A stretch of 64,000 bases of DNA from contig NW_002060947.1 of assembly GCF_000150275.1 (NCBI RefSeq), positions 157,401-221,400 of the forward strand, given 5' to 3'. The notes beneath the pieces are model-generated. The model did not search any database. It was not told where the DNA came from and saw nothing but the letters and a program-made list of their open reading frames with translations. How positions within the stretch are numbered: position 1 is the stretch's first letter; each line of letters starts with the position of its first letter. Positions 42,278-55,197 of the stretch are shown piece by piece. This DNA comes from Trichoplax adhaerens (Eukaryota > Animalia > Placozoa). Both the position numbers and the translations under genes were made by a program.

Positions 42278-43903
42278 ATTAGCTTCACGGTGATATCTAT
42301 TCAAAGCAACCTAACTATATCAAATATAGCTATCCGTATAATCAAATATGTGTACAGCACTACAGATAAATCAGTTTTTTTTCATTTCTATCTGCTATTC
42401 ATTATAGAAGTTCAAGTTCAAGTTCAAATTATATACAACTTATACATCGAGATCAATACTCGCACTAAAAATTGCAATTAAAGCCTATTCAATAGCTGCA
42501 TGGAGTGCTGTTATATTGAGTTCCTAGATCACAACGTGTTTGCTTCACATTGATCATTATCTTCGGATGATTTTTATATTCCTAATAAGGTACAATTATC
42601 CTCTTGCTATTGGCTTTAGCTGCACCCTATACACAGTATCCACAGATTACAATATAAATGATTTACAAGATTTAGCCTAAATCAGGTATGTACCTTACAA
42701 ATTCTTGATATTAATTACTATCATTTCGGCTAATATATTAATACAAGCTAGCACGCATTAAGTACGATACCGAAACTGATATAAAGTTTAAAGGTTTGTA
42801 CGGATTCGTATTTATCTTGGACGATGTAGTCAATTGTAAAATAAAAAGTGAAAAATTGGCTATTTGAAATGGTTTTGATGGAATTTAAGTAGGTCAAATC
42901 GCAAGTGTATTGATGCCTTGGAATTTAATAATTAATAATCACCTTTTTATTCGCTGTTATATTTTTTTATTTGAATACGTTAATAATTAAAAAGGTTTCA
43001 GAAATTAATTTTGTCTATCGAACACTTTCAATTATATCTTTTTTAGAGACATATTTACATTATTTGCCACGTGTTGTAGATTAGCTCACTATAAAATAAG
43101 ATTTAAGATAGACAAAAGAAAATGATTCTTTTTAGGAGAAATTTTTATACTCGAGAAGCTCATCATAGGGAGGATCGTTATCATATTCCAATCAAGAATT
43201 TGAAGTGGATAGCTTTATAGAATATCTTTTCTATTTCTAGCAAAATATATAATTTGATATAGATATAAGTCATAAAACTAAAGCGATGTGGATAATATAC
43301 TAGGAAAAATACATGCGCGCGTGAGTTTAAGGACCTATGAATTTAATTAAACCAACTTACATTTTGCTATTGCTAAGAAAATTTTTTTATTTACTTGAAT
43401 CTTTTGGTGTCAGAACGGCCTATTGTGCATAAACCTTTCTTTAACAATTTCATTAAGACATTATCTAGTAAAATTTATGCTCAATTGGAAATGTGAAGCC
43501 ATTACGTCATCTAAAAACAAACAACTAATAAAAACTTAAGCTTCGATCTTTCTTGGTTCATTCGATTAATGGACTTATTGAAAGATTAAGCTTTATGGGT
43601 TCTTTCTTTTTAATATACTAAGCCAGGAAAGTAAATCAAACGGCAGCAGAATATTTGATTAAGTAGATAAGAGAACCTATGTTTTATTATAAGATTTGAT
43701 GTAATAACTGGTAACTTTATAATTAGATAGATCAATTACATTTGAAAGATTTTACATAAAAATTTTTAACGCAAACGTCTGATTGCAGTGTTGATGTCGA
43801 AGGTTTTTAAAGTTGCTGATAGAATTTACTTTAAGTTAACATTAACTTAGCTTACTCTAACTTATTCCTACTCTTAAAGACCGAAGTTTATTACTTTACG
43901 AGC

Positions 43904-45892
43904 ATGAATTCTACCAATTTAACAGCATATTTATTACCAAAAGCTTTTCATTTAGTTATGATACCTTTCTGGATACTATCTTTACTTGCTTCGACTGCTG
44001 GTGGAATTTTGATTTTATATGTTATTTTTCGAAAATTTTACCCTAAGATACCAGCTAATGAAATAATGATCATCAATTTAACGCTAGCAGACAATCTGTT
44101 TGTAATAACAAGGTATGTAGCTAGAATTTGACGTCGAAAAGATCTTCTCGTTTTAAATTCTAGTTGTGATATAACCGATAACTAAATTTCGAAATTTGTA
44201 GAAAATTATTAATTTACTAGATCTTTATACGAAGATAATCTATATACAGGTCTACTCTAGCCGAATAAAACTTATAAAAAGACTTCTAGACAAAATTACT
44301 AGAGCAACCTAAAGTAACCTACTTATATACTTTCCGCAACTATTTTCAGCTACAGTCAATATAGCAACATTTTACCTTATTTTATCCATAACCAGATTAT
44401 TATTTGTGATACTATTTTATAGCGGATCTTCTACGGTCCAATATGACTACGGCTACTGTATTTACATAAACATTATTTATACCGACTCGTAAGTGTGATA
44501 AACTAAATATATCCTAATAAATGAGTCACTGTTACAATTAATTTTTTAGTAGAAACTGTTTCTAACGGTAGTTAGATGGAAATATAGAAGGCTACATTAT
44601 CGTATATGACACTAATCATGGCTAATAATATATAATCCAATAATAAATTTCGTTACAATTGCTTATTCTAATAAATTGTCAACTCAAATTCTATTCTTGA
44701 AAGCTCTCTATTTTAAGTTGTGATAAGTACTATACATTTGAACAATTTTTTGGGTAAATTAGCCTTTTGAAATGAGATTTATCATAGAATCTAGTTTTTA
44801 TTCCTAGTTAATTAAGCGAAATTATAAATTAATCTCTTGCAAGTCAAAATGGAAGTCAAGATACTAAGACTATGCGTAACATTTACTAATACTCCAAAAT
44901 TATTTCTAAACTAAATCCCAGCGTTGATATTCAATTTTCTGTCCATTAGAAATAATCGTGTGGCCGCAAAGTGTAGTAACTTGATGCTTTTCACTCAAAA
45001 AAATTCTTGAAAGAACTTAATCAATGATAAATAGCGTTAACTTGTTTTTTTGTATATTCTTTGGTGTTATAGTATCGTCTATATGTTCCCACTTACCTTG
45101 AATTACGTCCGGAAACCAATTTTTCAATCAAATCAAATTTTGTGTCGACTAAATTATATGATTGTTATGTACTTTTATTTTGTAAATACTATAGTAATGA
45201 TCATTTTAGCGATAATGCGTTATATAAAGGTTGTTAAGAGTTTCAGCTTTCAGCGTTACTTCTCAGGTCGCAATATGGTAATTATCATCTTTTTAATTTG
45301 GTTCTTACCGTTACTTTTGATATTACCCCCTTTAATTGGATTTTGGGGGAAATTAGTTTATTCACGTCTCTATGGAGGAACTTGTATCCTTCTACTTCAA
45401 CCACCAATTGATTCGGATCGGTTAACCTATAATATCCTAATTGTCGGAATGGCATTTTTCCTAACTAATACTGTCACATTCTGGTGTTACTATCAAATAT
45501 ACAGAGCTACTCGAAACAGCTCTCATCGCATTCATGCATCAACTTCTCAAGATCATCCAGTAAATACTGATAAATCAACTAGTTATACTATCAGTTCGAT
45601 TCGTCAGAGAAATGAAGGTAAATATACCAGAACACTTTTCATCATTTATCTAGGCTACTTCATATCATACTGGCCTATTGCCTTGTCTAGTAGCCTTTCT
45701 TTATTAGGTTTAATTAAGCAAGAGTTGATGTGGATGCTTATTCTTACCACCATTATGTATTCAAATAGCATTTTAAATCCGTGGATAATACTGCTAAGTC
45801 AGCGATATCGTCGATTTATAACTAACCAATTTTTTATCAAGCTATTCAATTCCAGGACTGGAGAACAAGGCTCCAGATCTGATGCAACATAA
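43904..45892 (+). CDS. GPCR cluster gene 7, class A 7TM receptor, 342 aa (exons 43904-44112, 45073-45892)
   Basis: Donor AG|gtatgt at 44113, acceptor tatag at 45071-45072. Motifs NLTLAD, CRL, MRY, PPLIGFWGKLVY...C, SYWP, NSILNPWII. Confidence 0.9.
44165..44536 (-). mobile_element. Older, diverged family C-related element in the intron of gene 7 (right end approximate)
   Basis: Shares blocks with 58074-58440 in the same order (TCTACTCTAGCCGAATA, AAAGACTTCTAGA, TATACTTTCCG, TTTTACCTTATTTTA, ATATCCTAATA). Starts TGTGATAT. Confidence 0.65.
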
Positions 45893-48764
45893 AATATAGA
45901 TTAACAAAAATTGTATAGAGCTTTTAATCTGCTAAGACTGACTAAAGAGGTGGTAGTTGAAACCCCCTTTTTGAAAATTAATGGAAGGTATCAATGTCAA
46001 TCTAGTAATTAGACAAAGAACGCTGTAGCTAGTGGATCAAGTATTAAACTTTAGTAGTATAACTTCACTTCGAATGTCACGGTAGTGAATCTACCGTGAT
46101 GAATGATAACTTACTTAATTTAGACATGTATATGTATCACGTTAAGATAGTTATTAATTTGGATATGTGCATGAATTATTTGATGTCTTAGTATAGCCGA
46201 TACAAACCTGTTCCTAATACAGGTTAAATTATACTAAATATGGTATATGGATTGTCAATGGCAAATTCAATATAAATCCTGTTAATTATAAGCTAGAGCA
46301 AACATAAAGTTAATCTATAGTAATATTACAAATTCACTGGATTAGCATAGGAATAATTTAATGCATTCTCGAAGTCCTATTGGTCGAAATATATCACATA
46401 TCGTAAACTTACCGGTTTTATGGCTAGAATAGCTATTTAAATGATTGATTTTGAATATTAAATTGGACTTGCATTTTCGAGAATAAAGATATAGTTAGAA
46501 GATTCTGAAAGTGCATTTCTCAGTCACTGTTACTTATCTAGGGTAATCTAAATTAGTTTAGGTTAGGCAAGTTTAGTTAAGTAAAAACTTCGTTATAAGA
46601 TACTTTGGACAAATAAATGATGGCGTACTGTAAAACCGTTATAGGAAAATAATACAAAGCTGCTTGACTGGTTATGGTATTCTTATGAAAACTATTTTTT
46701 ATACTTCTGGAAATAAGAAAAAAATCATTTTATTATCAATGCCGAGTATTATTCATACTTATTTGCCGGTATAACAGAAATAGAATGGAAAATTTGATAG
46801 AAATTCGATATTTGAGGCTTAAGTATTAAGTAATCAGAATTCTGAATACTAAGGAAAAATCTTAGAAATATGAAATAATAGCAACCTGAAAATTTATACG
46901 GAAACCGCCAGTCTCAACATGCAAAATTTTTAACATTATATTCGTTATTTGTTAGCATTTTAGCAATTCTTTAACCTGGCTGAGAATCTTGGCTTGATAT
47001 TTCATTATCGAAAACCTGCTAAAACTACTTTCAGATTTTAGATGAAAACGAATTAAGAGCAAGCGTAATTTTTTTAATCATAACGGTCTTGCATATTGTT
47101 ATAAATTGAGCATTAGTGCTAGTATAAACTAAGGGATTAAAAGACTAGTTACAAAAATTGATGAATAGAAGACTGTAGTCGATTAGATAATGAAATCTTG
47201 CTAATATAATCAGGAGATCGAATGTAGAATTCTTATGTAGCAATAAGAAAAACACATCTAATCCTAAGATTCTACTAGATTATATATAACTTATTTCAGA
47301 TACTGTTTGATGGCTTTAAATAGTAAGTTCAAAACGCAATTATAACATTAGCATTTTATAAGACTTTTCAATCCCCGCTCCGGGGTGCTTAATAAATTAC
47401 TTACTAGAATGCCATTACCTAGTCTAGAATTGGTTACTATTATGAATACCATATGAAATATACGTCACTGTTAAGTAATTAACAATAACTTACATATTTG
47501 TCGTAAACAGTTCGTGACAAGTTAGCTAAAACTGTAAGTTTGGATTATATACTCTAGTGCAATTAAATAATAGTCTCCGATAGACTGAAATCACACATAC
47601 GAAAGATTACTTCCAATAATTTCAAGGGTGGATATTGGCTATTTTATGCATCTTATACAAATGATATTTTATTGAACTTTGACTGAGTTCTATTTATTGG
47701 TAATGTGCTTCTTCAATATGAATCATTAGTAATACATAAAGAAATATTGTTTATACAAGTATCGCTCATTAAATTGATCTACTGGTGAAATTAATTTAAT
47801 TGATAATGTATAGCAGTAATCTTTTAAATTTCTTTCTATTGAATGGAAGGATTATAAATATCCTCTATTTCCTTCATCTTGCTGGTAAATAAAGTGGTGT
47901 AGACTACTGATGATGTATTATAATTTTCGGCGACAGTGATGCATTAAAGATATGTTGATATTATATTAGTAGATTTACCAATTGTGTCATGAGAATATAT
48001 TTTTGACAATTGTAGCATACATAATTAAAAGCTTATGCAAATTGTTTATTGCTACTAACTAAATCATTTATCCGTTATTGTGTAAGCAATAATGACATCT
48101 TTTTCTGTACTGGAGCCAATTAATTCAAGCCACAGAAGTTATCATTTAATTCCATGTTGTACTATCTTAACGACAATAGCTGCAGGTGCTAAAGGTTTAT
48201 AAAGCTAGCTAAAGCATTCCCGCACGCACGTTGTCTGACTAAATAATAAGGCCGATTACTATAAATTGTCTAGAGAACGTAGGTAACAATAAAATTTATA
48301 TAGTAATATTGTATTGGAATTAAATTGTTACGCAGGCCTTGGAAATTATTAATGATGTGAATCATTACTTCTCGAAGCAAGGCAATAGAAGCATTTATGA
48401 AGGGAGTAAACTATGCTACAAAAAGATATTTTACTGCCTAAATTTTAGAACAAAATAAAGACTAACTTGAGGACTGGTAGTTATTTTCATTCTTAGTACA
48501 CGCGAAAAGTATAATAATGACCTTGATGTAATTTGTACTCGATGAATTAGAATCTATTTCCTCTGTTTGGCAGTTTTCAAGAAGTGATCGACTTATCATT
48601 GTAAGCATGGAAAGACTATATACCATCAAAAATATTAATATTTAAAGGTAGATTATTTACTGACCAAGATGAGAATAAATTACTAGTAGATTCAACGTGT
48701 CATCGGATCAAGAAAAACTTACTGTAGAAGATAATATCCGAGTATTTTATTTGTTGGTATTGAA

Positions 48765-50231
48765 ATGTTTAATGACCGTAATCAGTCATTTGTAGGCTAT
48801 AGCCGCCTCGAATATAAATATTATAGCAATCATACTGCTCTTGAATTACCAATCTCACAGGCCTTGATCGTTATATGGACTATGTATCTATTTAGCGTTT
48901 TTGGTGGTCATGCGGCATTACTAGCAGCTGTTATTAGCGTTAGTCGAAAAAGAATTTCACGAATTGAAGTTTTAATCATTAACCTTTCTATTGCTGATCT
49001 CATCTTTGTTACTTTCAGGTATGGATACAATATGTACTAAATACTCACATATTGTAATAATTCTTTGTAATCGGTGTAAAATCTCAACTGAAAATTTTAT
49101 GCTTGGCAATAGAATAGTTTTGACATGTTAAAGCAGTGCAACTATTATTGAGTACCGTATATTAAATTTCAAAATTTAGCTATAATTTTTTTATTTTGCG
49201 TCTTGTAGTATTAAATATTAAGTTAACGGGCTAACTTAAAACAACACTCGAATTACTGATATATTAATACCAAGTTGCTATTCTTACATTATTAGAATTT
49301 AGATCTAGATTAATGATTCTTTCCTTTTCGTCTTTCATAAATTGACCGCTACACTCATTTGGCGAATCGCAATACTTCACGAACTAAAAGCATTTTTACT
49401 ATGACACCAATAGCGACTTATAGTATCTATCGGCATGATCCAATCTTTGCATCAAATTCGATACAGTGTCGCTTACTATTTGCTCCAGTCCTTCTATCTA
49501 CATGTGTGGGATCGATTGTCATGATGACATTAGCCATCATCAGATACACTAAAGTCAGTTATCCCATATATCATCGACGTTGGTTTACAACTATTCGATT
49601 TTGGATTTGGTTGTGCTTTATTTGGGTCATAGCGTTAGGGATAACTGCACCTCCTGTCGTCGGTTTTTGGGGCAAATTAAATTACCTTCAACCTTTCGGT
49701 GTTTGTCATATTCCAGTTGATGTAGCAATTACAAGAATTGATCAAAGTAGTTTCTTTATTTTTTTTTGTATAGCATTATATATAGCTGCATACTTTATTA
49801 CAGGATTATGTTATTTTTTACTGTTCTGTAAAGCGCGCGATGTAGCATTTCGTACTAGAGTTAATCCTAGAGTTAATCAATTCCCTCAATCATCATCTTC
49901 GTCAACAGCTAACGACTCTAGCGCTATTCAATTAACATATAAGTTAACAATTATTTTAGTCATCGTTTTTATAGGTTATTCATTAAGCTTTGGTCCACTA
50001 GCCTTCACCATTATCTGCAGTATGTTTAAATTATTCCATTTGTCACTTCTTAGCTATGCAATACTATTTACAATTGCTTATATAACCAGCGTTATTAATC
50101 CATTGCTATTCATATTATCTAATATTCGATATCAGTTAGCCTTATCGGCAATATGGAAGAAATTATGTTGTCGCTCAAAGTGTTATACATATAACATAAG
50201 AAAAGTAACGGTTCAGCAGAGGATAGGTTAA
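48765..50231 (+). CDS. GPCR cluster gene 8, class A 7TM receptor, 364 aa (exons 48765-49018, 49391-50231)
   Basis: Donor AG|gtatgg at 49019. Acceptor aaag at 49389-49390 placed by paralog alignment (S-IFTMTP). Motifs NLSIAD, CRL, IRY, PPVVGFWGKL, SFGP, TSVINPLLF. Confidence 0.85.
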
Positions 50232-53026
50232 ATGCCGTTAGAAGAATTATATTACTATCCTAATCAGTGTTATGTGAAGACAAATATTGGATTTTGTAAG
50301 CTTAAAAGCGTATCAGCAATGGTATAAGCCGCATGATTTTATCTTTACACAACTTTAAATAAATATCAATAAATGTCTCCAGATTCCGAAAGTTCACTTA
50401 TATCTTCGGAAAAGTACAAGTTAATGATTTTTTATTAATATTTTTCATAGTTAATTAGCTTCTACTATCGATTCTTTTGTTTTTGACTAGGTAACTATCT
50501 AGACAATTCGTAACATTATTAAATATTAATAAAAGTGAATAATCTCACTCAAATTTCCGCATAGGTATAAAAAATGGGAGGTAATAGCACATAGTAAATT
50601 CGAGTTTTTAGTGAGATGATATTGATAATTAATAAAGGAAGCAATTGTTGGTATATTATTGTTACAAATCGAAATTTGCAATGAGAAATGCTTAACTCGT
50701 GTAAAAAATTAGCACAATAGATTGATTGTCAGATTAGTCCTCTCCTACGTTTACCTATAGTGCAACTCGAAATACTGACGATCTCGCGTCGCCAAGGAGT
50801 ACAATAACAGCAAGGTATACGTCTTCAGACTAAAGTTAATATAAATCTGAACTGTAACGCAAAACCAGTAGATTCAAATACATTTATATAAAAGTCAGCT
50901 ACCAGTGGTCAGAAGGTATTAAGGAAGCATAATATTACCCTTGAAAAGATTTATGGAATGCTAGATAGCAGTATTGTTAACAAAATATCATGCTTTATTA
51001 TAATTTTATCCGTCAAAAAAGATAAGAATTTATCTAAGAAGAGTAATTTCCTGACAGGCATGCGTTATTGAGCATTTGCAGTACAAATTACGATGAAATA
51101 TTGAAACTAGGTACCGTTTACGATCAAATTGCGTTTTACTAGATAATTTTTAAGCCTCTCGCTTGAATACACACTGATCGTAAATAGCGCTCATATACTT
51201 CAAAAGTTATTGGAGCGAAAGATACTTCAGTGGAAGTGATTGACCGAAGCCGATTTCGTAGCAAGTTATTTTTGTTTTCCATACGAACCGGCTAGGTATT
51301 ATTCCTCCGATCGTAGCAATAATATATGGATTTGAGTAATTTAAGGTTTTTTCGGTAAAGTAATAGCCAGCTCAATTAAGTAATATGTAATACGGATAGT
51401 CGGGATATAAAATTAAAAATATTAACCTATCTTTTCCCTTAATTAAATGGCAAAGCTAAATTTAGAAATTGGCTTCGAAAGAATTACTAAAAGACTGCCA
51501 GAAACAAAATTCAAAAGTAGGTATTTTATATTTGTAGTAAACTTCTCTGATCATTTCAGTGTTTTCATATTTGTAAATTTGACTATAGTAACCCAGCACA
51601 TTCATAAAAGCCAGTATTTTGTCGTAAAATCTCATTAAGTATCATACTATATATTATTCGAATTAACGTAATATAGACTAGCCTACGAACAGTTAAGATA
51701 TGTGAAATAAATTGAAGCTAAGAATTATAAGTGGCAAATCTATAGCTCAACATTATTTCTAAACGCTTTATTTGCTGTACGATATCCGTAATCCAGATTT
51801 ATATGCTCTTAGAAGTTCATAGTTTTTACACTTCTATGCTTGATTTAATTTACGAAAAGTAAGGAAATCTATTTAAATATAACGCAATTATCAGGTTAGA
51901 TAAAAAGAAATTTGTGAAAAATTAGCTTTTCTTATTTATATATCATTATGCAATTACTGCATTCAGCTACCTATACTATCAAAATTCACCTAAATAAATA
52001 GATTCTCGTAAAATCTCCATCTGTATATTTGCAGTTAAGATGTTTGAAGGTGTTGCCATAGGCTCTGAGTTATTACCTATAAATCATTTTGTAATTTCAC
52101 CGCTATTGTTAGCTGAAGAAGCCATAAATTTTGGCTTTTACCTGACACACTGAAGTAGCTGTGGTTAGAAATCACACACAATATCATTTAATCGAAAGGA
52201 TATTAAAGGTATCAGATTTTAAAAATCTTATGAGTCTACGGTATCGTTTGAAAAGAAATGTACTTTTCCATTTTATATAATTTAATTATTTATAGGGAAT
52301 TACTTACTCTGATGCTCCAAAACAACAAACTACTACTGGATGTTCTATAGTTATAGGGATGTTCATAACTTTTGATTTATCAAACTTCATGAACTAATTC
52401 CTCATATTATGTTTTTTTCTTTAGTGCTGCTTAGATTTACCTACGAGGGTACCATAGATGCAAACAATTATCTTAAAATTTTACTGTTATGCTCTGACAT
52501 TACAGTAAAATTTTCAACTGAAAAATAGAATTTAACAATAGTAAAAGCATTCTAAAGCTAGAGTGCATTTAGCGTATTGGTTCTTATTCTACTAGGTGTA
52601 GTAAAGGACTAAAAGTAGAGTCCTTTATAGCTTTTAGTAGGTAACTAGTATTATTTTACTATAGAAAATACCTATAGAAAGATAGCGTCTTTAAGTTTTA
52701 CCCTGCCAAATCATCATGTCGCCATCTTTTCTTTTTCATTATTTTACAAGGCATTATATAGATTACTACAGAAGTAGCCCTAGAGCAATTAATTAATTTA
52801 AAGAAAGGGCGTTTGATCGTTTATTCAAATTGTAAATGAATTTGAATTAATAACAAAACCCTATCTATAGAGAAAGGGGATTTATAACATGACAGTAAAG
52901 TACTGCAATGTAGTATATAATCGTATAGTTACCGTACAACCTGACGCTAAAACATCAACTGTCTATACTAAGCGATACTAATGTCAGAAAAGCAGTCGTA
53001 GTAGTCATATAAAATTTCTTGATAAT

Positions 53027-53622
53027 CGATTACTGTGATCTTTATAAAATCCGGATTTTTCGGATTCGGATTCCGGAACTGGTCGAATTTATCTGTTATA
53101 ATTTATCTGTTTTAATTTTTGGATTTTAGTTTATGGAAAATATCGTAAGAGTTGATTTTTCAAATTTAAACTTTTTGTTATGAATTTGAAACTTTGGAAT
53201 TTTATGACTTGACATGAAAGTCACATTAGGAAAGTTTAGTTCGGAAAATAGAAAATAAGATGGAAAATGGTAGAGGTTGTGTTGATTGTTAGGTGGTTAG
53301 ACTGTTATTTTTATGACTAAATCTTGATATTTAAAGGTTAATTTTAGAATTTTAGAATGTATTAATGATAGAAATTATGTTAGAAGTGAAGTTTGATATA
53401 TTTTATAGTTGATTTGCTGGTTTTACATTGTTTTGTAAGTAAGGAAATCATAGGGTAAATTGTGCCTGAACTTTGAATGACTTTTGTTTTCTTAAATGGT
53501 GCAAAGTAGTTTTCTAAAATGGATCTTAAGAGCGATTGATTAGTAAATGTTTAGTTTTAAATATGACGGCTCTACGAAAGCGATTACTGTGATCTTTATA
53601 AAATCCGGATTTTTGGGATTCG
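53027..53622. repeat. 42-bp direct repeats 554 bp apart bracketing strand-skewed sequence
   Basis: CGATTACTGTGATCTTTATAAAATCCGGATTTTT(C/G)GGATTCG at 53027-53068 and 53581-53622. Confidence 0.75.
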
Positions 53623-55197
53623 AATTTAGCCTATAAATGATAGTGCAATTAGAAAATTTAGAGGGAGAGGAGAAGAAGATCCTTTCGAAGAAATTGTTTA
53701 ATTTAAAAGGCCTTTGGGGTCGAACTGTCGTAAGTTAAAACGCTCTTCTTTTTGAAAGGTTGTTTGGTTATTGACAGTTTTTAAGTCTGCCACTTATTTT
53801 ATTAATACTTAAAATTAAGTATTTGTAAGGTTATTCGGTTTATACTTCTCTCCATTTTTTTTGTAATAAATTGTTGATCGATTTCCCTAAATTTTATTTG
53901 GTGTCAAAGTTTCATTAAGTCGACCGGAGTGCAATGATAGTAGAATCAAAGTTTATTAAAGTTTTGCAGCTTGATCTCTACGCTTTTCATTTTATTACAT
54001 AGGTAAAACTATGTACATGATAAAAATTGTACCATAATATGCTTATTTACCCCAATCTATATTATGTAATCTCTTGTTTTGATAAAATAGATGAGTAATT
54101 TTGATTAATAGCGAGAGTTTTCAATGTTTCATGCTAAGACAAAGATTATTTAGCTTAATGAAATGAATATCGCTATATCTGCAGGTTACATTATTAGTTT
54201 TTATTATAATAATCAGTGAACAAAGAGCATGTGGTAATTGAATAATTGACTTTTCTACGATTAAGTGGTCATATGTCAACTTTAAATTATCTTTGTCGGA
54301 TTAATATGATCCGACGATGATATCAATTTGTATAAAATATGACCTTATATTGTAAGTAGTCTAATACTAACATGTTTATCATCAACTAATCTAGTTGCCA
54401 TGTAATGAAATCTGCTATTTGATTTAAAGGTTAAATAGCAATCTTTTATTGTCAATTTTGGTATGGAAATGATTTTGTTTAATATTTGTATGTGGGCATT
54501 GTATCAGATTTTTAATACCAAGGGAAATAAAATATCTGATGATCTAAGAAATACAAATATTTAATTAGTGCTGGTTTTATTGACAACAAAAATGCCTAAG
54601 AGATTGATTGACTTTTGCTATTGTTAACTTATTAAGAAATTAATAACATAGAGTAAACATAAAGATGACAGGCTGTAAATTTTTTTCATTTCTCTGAAAT
54701 TTATAAATTCAATTCCAGTAAGATCATTAAAACAACACTGATGAATAGATTTAAATTCTTTGGTGCCTTAAAAGATAATCTATTATTATTAAAATAGAAT
54801 TTTATTGTTTATTGTTATCGACTCCAGGTGTACATTCTGAATTTGTATGGCATTATTTTTAATATCCTAGTATTAAATCTGGTTATCTGTTCTTTTCCTA
54901 AAAAATCTGCTTCGCCAAGTCGCAGTTATCAAGAAATATCTGAATTTCAATTATATTAAAAAAAATTACTGGGCTTTGGTCAAACATTTCGAGAAGAAAT
55001 TCTAGTGGTTTATCTTAGTTGAAACGTTACGATCCTATCAAGTAATTTATTTGATCTACGAGTCATCCTTAGCAAAAAAGAAATAGAAATCTTTTTGACT
55101 TATTTCAGTAGTCTGATCAAGATTTTAAACGTTCATAAATAGAGAGTATTTGATAGTCTTTCTTGGTAAATTATCTTATAGTTACGAATAAGTGAAG

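Noticed and set aside
50740-50940. Faint minus-strand GPCR-like remnant (LCFLNTF*PL...IPCCYC)
   Set aside because: It has multiple stops and no alignable upstream TMs, so it cannot be distinguished from chance.
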